From the human T2T-CHM13v2.0 reference genome, Homo sapiens: 64,000 bases of DNA. The stretch is from the NCBI RefSeq assembly GCF_009914755.1, contig NC_060926.1. One strand, given 5' to 3'. Below, piece by piece: positions 53,056 to 64,000 of the stretch. Positions within the stretch are counted from its first letter, which is position 1; every line of letters begins with the position of its first letter. The position numbers and the translations under genes were made by a program. The notes below the pieces were generated by a model. The model worked only from the letters and a program-made list of their open reading frames with translations, searched no databases and was not told the DNA's origin.

Positions 53056-54016
53056 AAGGAAGCCATTGAGTGATTTTGAGCAGGGCTGGGACATGGGACA
53101 TGATCTGGGTGGTATTTTAGGAGAATCACCCTGGCTCTGAGCGGTGAATGGGTTGAGGGAATGGAGCCCGAGAGCAGGAAGGCCTTGAGGAGCCACCTTG
53201 GCTACAAGATGAAAGGTGGTGGCACCAGCCCCCACCCTGAGGTGTCAATACCCCACGACCCCCATCCCAGACCTGCACTTCTTTTTTTTTTTTTTTTTTT
53301 TTGAGCAGAGTCTTGCTCTGTTGCCCAGGCTGGAATGCAGTGGCATGATCTCGGCTCACTGCAACCTCTGCCTCCTGGGTTCAAGCGATTCTCTGCCTCA
53401 GCCTCCTGAGTAGCTGGGATTACAGGTGCCCACCACCATGCCCAGCTAATTTTTGTATTTTTAGTAGAGATGGGGTTTCACCATCTTGGCCAGGCTAGTC
53501 TTGAACTCCTGACCTCATGATCCACCTGCCTCAGCCTCCCAAAGTGCTGGGATTACAGGTGTGAGCCACCGCGCCCGGCCAGACCCGCACTTCTTTGGTT
53601 TCATTTGGCTGGTTTCCGTTTGCTCTCCACATCCCCCTCCGTCTTCTCCACCCTGCTTGGAGCTGGTCCTATGGACACCTCAGTGGGCTCTTGGTCCTCC
53701 AGCTGCAGCTGAGTTTGGCAGTGGAGCTCTCCAGGAGGAGATGGCAGCGGAGGTGGAGGGTTTGTCTCCTTCTCCCTCCCTCAAGGCTCACCCCAGACTG
53801 GCTTATCCCTCAACCAGTGGTCACAGCCCCTATCAGTTGGGCCTGTCCACACAGCTCTGTCTTTGTTTTTTGTTTTTGAGACAGAGTTTCGCTCTTGTTG
53901 CCCAGGCTGGAGTGCAGTGGCGTGGTCTCAGCTCACTGCAACCTCCCAGTTCAAGCGATTCTCCTGCCTCAGCCTCCCAAGTAGCTGGGATTACAGATGC
54001 CTGCCACCATGCCTGA

Positions 54017-54247
<231 letters not shown>

Positions 54248-54486
54248 TAGCCTTGCAGAGCACTAAAACTTAACTTCTCTCAAGCTCTCCTCAGCTTTCC
54301 CAGTTTGCCTGTGTCATCTGTTTCCCAGCAGACACTGACACATGTTTTCTACCCAGGCTGGTTACAGAGGATCAGTGGAAAGAGCATGGAATTGGGGGTC
54401 AAATAAAACCATAATTGAATTTGGGTTTTGTCGCCTGTGATGGTATGAGTCATTATTCTCTCCAAGCCTTCGTTTGTTCATCTCTA

Positions 54487-54877
<391 letters not shown>

Positions 54878-56585
54878 TCAGTAGACAGTCTACACTCGGT
54901 TGTTCTGTTCTTCCTTCCCACACAACAGAACAAACATTTATCACACTGCATGCATCAAGCCCAGTGCAAGGTGCTGGGGATGAGGGAGAGACAAACAAGT
55001 GGAGGCCGCCATTTTTTGCCTACAGGGAGAGCTCAGTCTTGTTTTTGCCTGTTAGTTTGTATGTTTGTTTGTTTCTGAGACAGGGTCTTACTCTGTCACT
55101 CAGGCTGGAGTGCAGTGGCAAAATCATAGTTCACTGCAGCATCAACCTCTGACCTCAAGCAATCGTCTTGCCTCAGCCACTCAAGTAACTGGGACCACAG
55201 GTGCATGCCATGTCTGGCTATTTTTTTTTTTAATTTTTTGTAGAGGTGGGGTCTCACTGTGTTGCCCAGGCTGGTCTTGAATTTCTAGACAATTTTCCGA
55301 TCCATCATCCCGCCTTGGCCTTCCAAAGTGCTGGGATTACATGCATGAGCCACCACCCCCAGCCCAGAGGTCAGAGTCTTGTAAAGAAAAGGCTATGGCT
55401 CCTCTGGGTGTGCCCCCTTCCGCCCCCACCATAGCCAAACCATTCGTTTCTGTTTGGCTGTGAGATGACATTTTTTCCAGGGTCTGGAGTTAGAGTAGTG
55501 ACCAGGCAGTGCAAATAATTGTGGTAATCAGAAAAGCCTTCGAAGAGGAGGTTGAATTTATTTTTAGCCTTAAAGAAACTGGACTAAAAGGAAAGGCATT
55601 ATCAGCCTCCTTGAGAACTGAACTCATTCTCCTCCCTCCTCTGTTGAGAGCTGCCAGACTCCCTAGATTGAGAATTGGACCTTCATTAGTTATGGTTACT
55701 CCTGGAAGGGTATCACATCCCCGGGGGCATGGTAGGGCTGGAAGGTACCTGGTATCTTGAGGAAGCTGCCTAAAAGGATTTCTCCAGGTGGCATGGGGCA
55801 GAAATCTAGGATAGTGATCAGGGCAGGCTGGCAGACGGGACACATGTGGAGGGGAGCAGCAGGAACGCCACACACTAGAGAACTGGGCTGAGACCATGTC
55901 GCTAAAACAAGGGATGCAAATTTGATTGTGTAGACACTGGCTTTGAGCAGGGGGAGCCCCTGCTTGAAACTGATGGCTAGGGGCTGCAGGTGCCTGCAAT
56001 GGGCCAGGCATGAGGACCCAAGGGCCTGATTTGGGATGATGCAATGGGAAATGGAGGCAAAGGTCACACCCTCTTATCATTTCAGTCATAAAATATTTAC
56101 TTGAGCACCCACCAGGACAGATGCTGATGTTGCAAGAATGAGATCAATAATATCAAGGAACATGTGTGGAGTACTTGAAACGGCCCAGGCAAGGTGTCCT
56201 TTCTCTGGGTAATCACGGTTAATCCTCCGAGTAGCTCCATGCAAATTACCAGTCCCTCGTGGAGAGAAAGAGAATGAGGTTTGAGTAGATTAAGAACATT
56301 GCCCCAAGGTGCAGAGTTCCTAGTGGAGCCAGGGTTCTAAGCTGGTCATTCCAAGTCTAGCACACAACCCCCAAACCCGATTCCACTCCCTCCCCGACAG
56401 TTCACCCTCCTTACCCACAAGGCACTTGAAGTGTTATGGGGCAGCGCCAGGAATTACTGCACAGCCTAAGGACCATCACAGAGACATGTGTGCAATGAAG
56501 TGTGCAAGTCATTACCTAGGCCTAAGAGATGCCCTCACCCAGGAGCTAGGTGTCGGGATTGGTTTGTTTGGTCATCTGACAAACA

Positions 56586-56770
56586 CAGATGCTTCCTAAC
56601 TTATAGAGTGGTTACATCCCAATAAACTCATCCTAAATTGAAAATATCCTAAGTGGAAAATGCATTAAATACACCTAAACCTACCAAACATCATAGCCTA
56701 GCCTAGCCTGCCTTAAACATGCACAAAACAATGACATTCGTTTACAGTTGGGCAAAATCATCTGGAAACA
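56586..56770 (+). mobile_element. MER47/Tigger5-like fragment
   Basis: CAGATGCTTCCTAACTTA...CAGTTGGGCAAAATCATCT. Confidence 0.65.
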
Positions 56771-56874
56771 CAGATGATGCCGTTGGCCAAGTTGGCGGAC
56801 CTGAAGGAGAGGGTTGGGGTCACATGAGGATGAGGAGGTAGCTTTGGACAAATCAAGTTAAAGATCCCGTGTGG

Positions 56875-57393
56875 CAGCAGTCCCCAGCATTTTTGGCACC
56901 AGGGACCAGTTTCATGGAAGGCAGTTTTTCCAGGGACTGGGGGAGGCAATGGGGTTAGGGGGGTTCGGGATGATTCAAGCGCATTACATTTATTGTGCAC
57001 TAGATTTCTATTATTATTACATTGTAATATATAATAAAATAATCATACAACTCACCATAAGGTACAATCAATGGGAACCCTGAGCTTGTTTTCCAGCAGC
57101 TGGATGGTCCCATCTGGGATTGATGGGAGACAGTGACAGATCATCAGGCATTAGATTCTCATAAGGAGCATGTAACCTACATCCCTCACATGCGCAGTTC
57201 ACAATAGGGTGCGAGCTCCTATGAGAATCTAATGCTGCTGCTGATCTGACAGGAGGTGGAGCTCAGAGGGTAATGCAAGCAATGTGGAGCAGCTGTAAAT
57301 ACAGGTAAAGCTTTGCCTGTCCTGCTGTGTGGCCTGGCTCCTAACAGACCAAGGACCAGTATAGGGTTGGAGGGAAGCGGTTGGGGACCCCTA
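56875..57393. mobile_element. MER1A (hAT-Charlie) full-length element
   Basis: TIRs CAGCAGTCCCCAGC / GGTTGGGGACCCCT; 8-bp TSD CCGTGTGG (56867-56874) vs CCGTGGGG (57394-57401). Confidence 0.85.
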
Positions 57394-57896
57394 CCGTGGG
57401 GCATCCAAGGGAGGCTCTTGTGGACATTTCTCCTTTGAAGTAATGAGTATACAGGTGGTAGCCTGTAAGTGGTGAATTTAGAGCTAGCAGAAGGGGAGCT
57501 TGTCAGAGAGGGGAGAGGAGAGCCAGAGAGACTGTGGCAGGGAAGGCAGAGGAAAAAGGCATGCTCCATTGTCATAGCTGCCACCCAGAGGTTCAGTGAT
57601 AAGGGCTGAACAATGACAAATGGGTTTGACCTTCAAGGGGACAGCGCCAAATTAGGATGGAGCAGTACAGGCAGGGGCCCAGTTGAGTGGCCTGAGAATG
57701 GACGTGAAGTGAAAGGTAGAGACAGCAGAGAGGACTACTTTCTTTGTTTTAATAAAATAATAATTTTAAAAATTAAAATACTAATATGTTTTCATTATAG
57801 AAGATCAGAAAATATTTTAAAAGCACAAAAAAATAATAAACAAATGGTACCCCATGAGTCAATCAACCAAAGATTATGACTGGAAGCATTTTAGAT

Positions 57897-60825
<2,929 letters not shown>

Positions 60826-60956
60826 TACATCCCTTTTTAAGAACAAGCAGAACCTTCCTAGAAGGCCTTCAGCCTATTTGCCTCCCCATCTAATCAGCTG
60901 TGTGACCTGGAGCCATTGATCTGATCTCAGTACCTCAGGGTTCCTATCTGTGTAAT

Positions 60957-61937
60957 TGAAGGGGGCCAGCCCCTACGCACCTGTGGATATTTCTCATCAG
61001 GTGGGACGAGAGACTGAGAAAGAAATAAGACACAGAGACAAAGTATAGAGAAAGAACTGTGGGTCCAAGGGACCGGCGCTCAGCATACAGAGGACCCGCA
61101 CCGGTGCCGGCCTCTGAGTTCCCTCAGTGTTTATTTTACTATCTTAGCGAGGGGAGTGTAGCAGGGCAACAGGTGGGGAGAAGGTCAGCAGGGAAACATG
61201 TGAGCAAAGGAATCTGTATCATGAATAAGTTCAAGGAAAGGTACTGTGCCTGGATGTGCACGTAGGCTAGATTTATGTTTCTCTTTACCCAAACATCTCA
61301 GTGTAGCAAAGAGCGACAGAGCAGTATTGCTGCCAGCATATCTCGCCTCCAGCCATAGGGCGGTTTTCTCCTATCTCAGAATAGAACAAATGGGAATGGT
61401 CAGCTTTACACCGAGACATTCCATTCCCAGGGAAGAGCAGGAGACAGAAGCCTTCCTCTTATCTCAACTGCAAAGGGGCCTCCCTCTTTCACTACTCCTC
61501 AGCACAGACCCTTTATGGGTGTCAGGCCTTATGGTAAGGTCTTTCATTTCCCATGAGGCCATATCTCAGGCTGTCTCAGTTGGGGGAAACCTTAGACAAT
61601 ACCCAAGCTTTCTTGGGCAGAGGTCGGTCCCTGCGGCTTTCCGCAGTGCATTGTGTCCCTGGGTAATCGAGAATGGAGAATGGCGATGACTTTTACCAAG
61701 CATACTGCCTGCAAACATATTGTTAACAAGGCACATCCTGCACAGCCCTAAGTCCATTAAACTTTGATTCATTACAGCACATGTTTCTGTGAGCACAGGG
61801 TTGGGGCTAAAGTTACAGGTTAACAGCGTCTCAAAGCAGAAACAATTTTTCTTAGTACAGATCAAAATGGAATTTCTTCTGTCTTCCTTTTCTACATAGA
61901 CACAGTAACAATCTGATCTCTCTTTCTTTTCCCCACA
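60957..61937 (-). mobile_element. HERV-K (HML-2) solo LTR, LTR5A/5B-type, 981 bp
   Basis: Minus strand TGTGGGGAAAAGAAAGAGAGATCAGATTGTTACTG...CCCCTTCA; TSD TGTAAT/TGTAAA; AATAAA (minus) at 61130-61135. Confidence 0.9.
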
Positions 61938-62273
61938 TGTAAAGGCAAATATAATTGCATTTGTTGTGAGAGCTGAGGGTTAATCTATGTAAAGCACTTA
62001 GAACAGTGCCTTGCCTGTGATTTGTACTATATAAATATTTGCTATTACTATCTGATAGCAAGAATTACATTACATTCCTGGGTCTAACCAATAGCTTGGC
62101 TGGCAATGTGTGGCTTGGACCAAGCAAGATCCACCCATCAGGGCTGAGGAGGGACTCACTTGAAGGCTATGGCTATTCAGAGGAGAGTGGGCAAAATAGG
62201 GGTTAACAAGGAAAAAAGGGAGGGGTGAAGAATGGATATTGACCAACAGGATCTGCCACACCCATGTTGTTTA

Positions 62274-64000
<1,727 letters not shown>

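Noticed and set aside
55490-56089. 199-aa minus-strand ORF in non-Alu sequence
   Set aside because: No recognisable homology, domain or supporting exon structure; only a database search could rescue it

Overview
Human (or very close primate) genomic DNA that I recognise as the 2q35 ARPC2-GPBAR1-AAMP-PNKD-TMBIM1 cluster. Left to right: the ARPC2 last exon and 3'UTR (+); GPBAR1/TGR5 (+, single coding exon, 330 aa); AAMP (-, 11 coding exons summing to 434 aa); a CpG-island bidirectional promoter; PNKD (+, exons 1-2 plus the terminal exon of the 142-aa short isoform); and TMBIM1 (-, 11 coding exons summing to 311 aa, GC-AG first intron), nested antisense in the long PNKD intron and hosting the tailed mirtron MIR6513. 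The right third is repeat-dense: Alus, MaLR, MER4, MER1A, Tiggers and an HML-2 LTR5 solo LTR. I found no convincing new multi-gene system. The best leads are a splice-junction-created uORF plus a 223-codon overlapping ORF at the GPBAR1 start, a frame-preserving 105-nt candidate TMBIM1 exon next to the mirtron, a diverged inverted copy of nearby sequence inside a Tigger4 element, a polyadenylated LTR fragment that looks L1-retroposed, a stop-free in-frame AAMP intron, and CTCF-like motifs at the PNKD-short poly(A) site and the GPBAR1 promoter. Gene, miRNA and repeat-family names are from memory, not database searches. Repeat boundaries are approximate.
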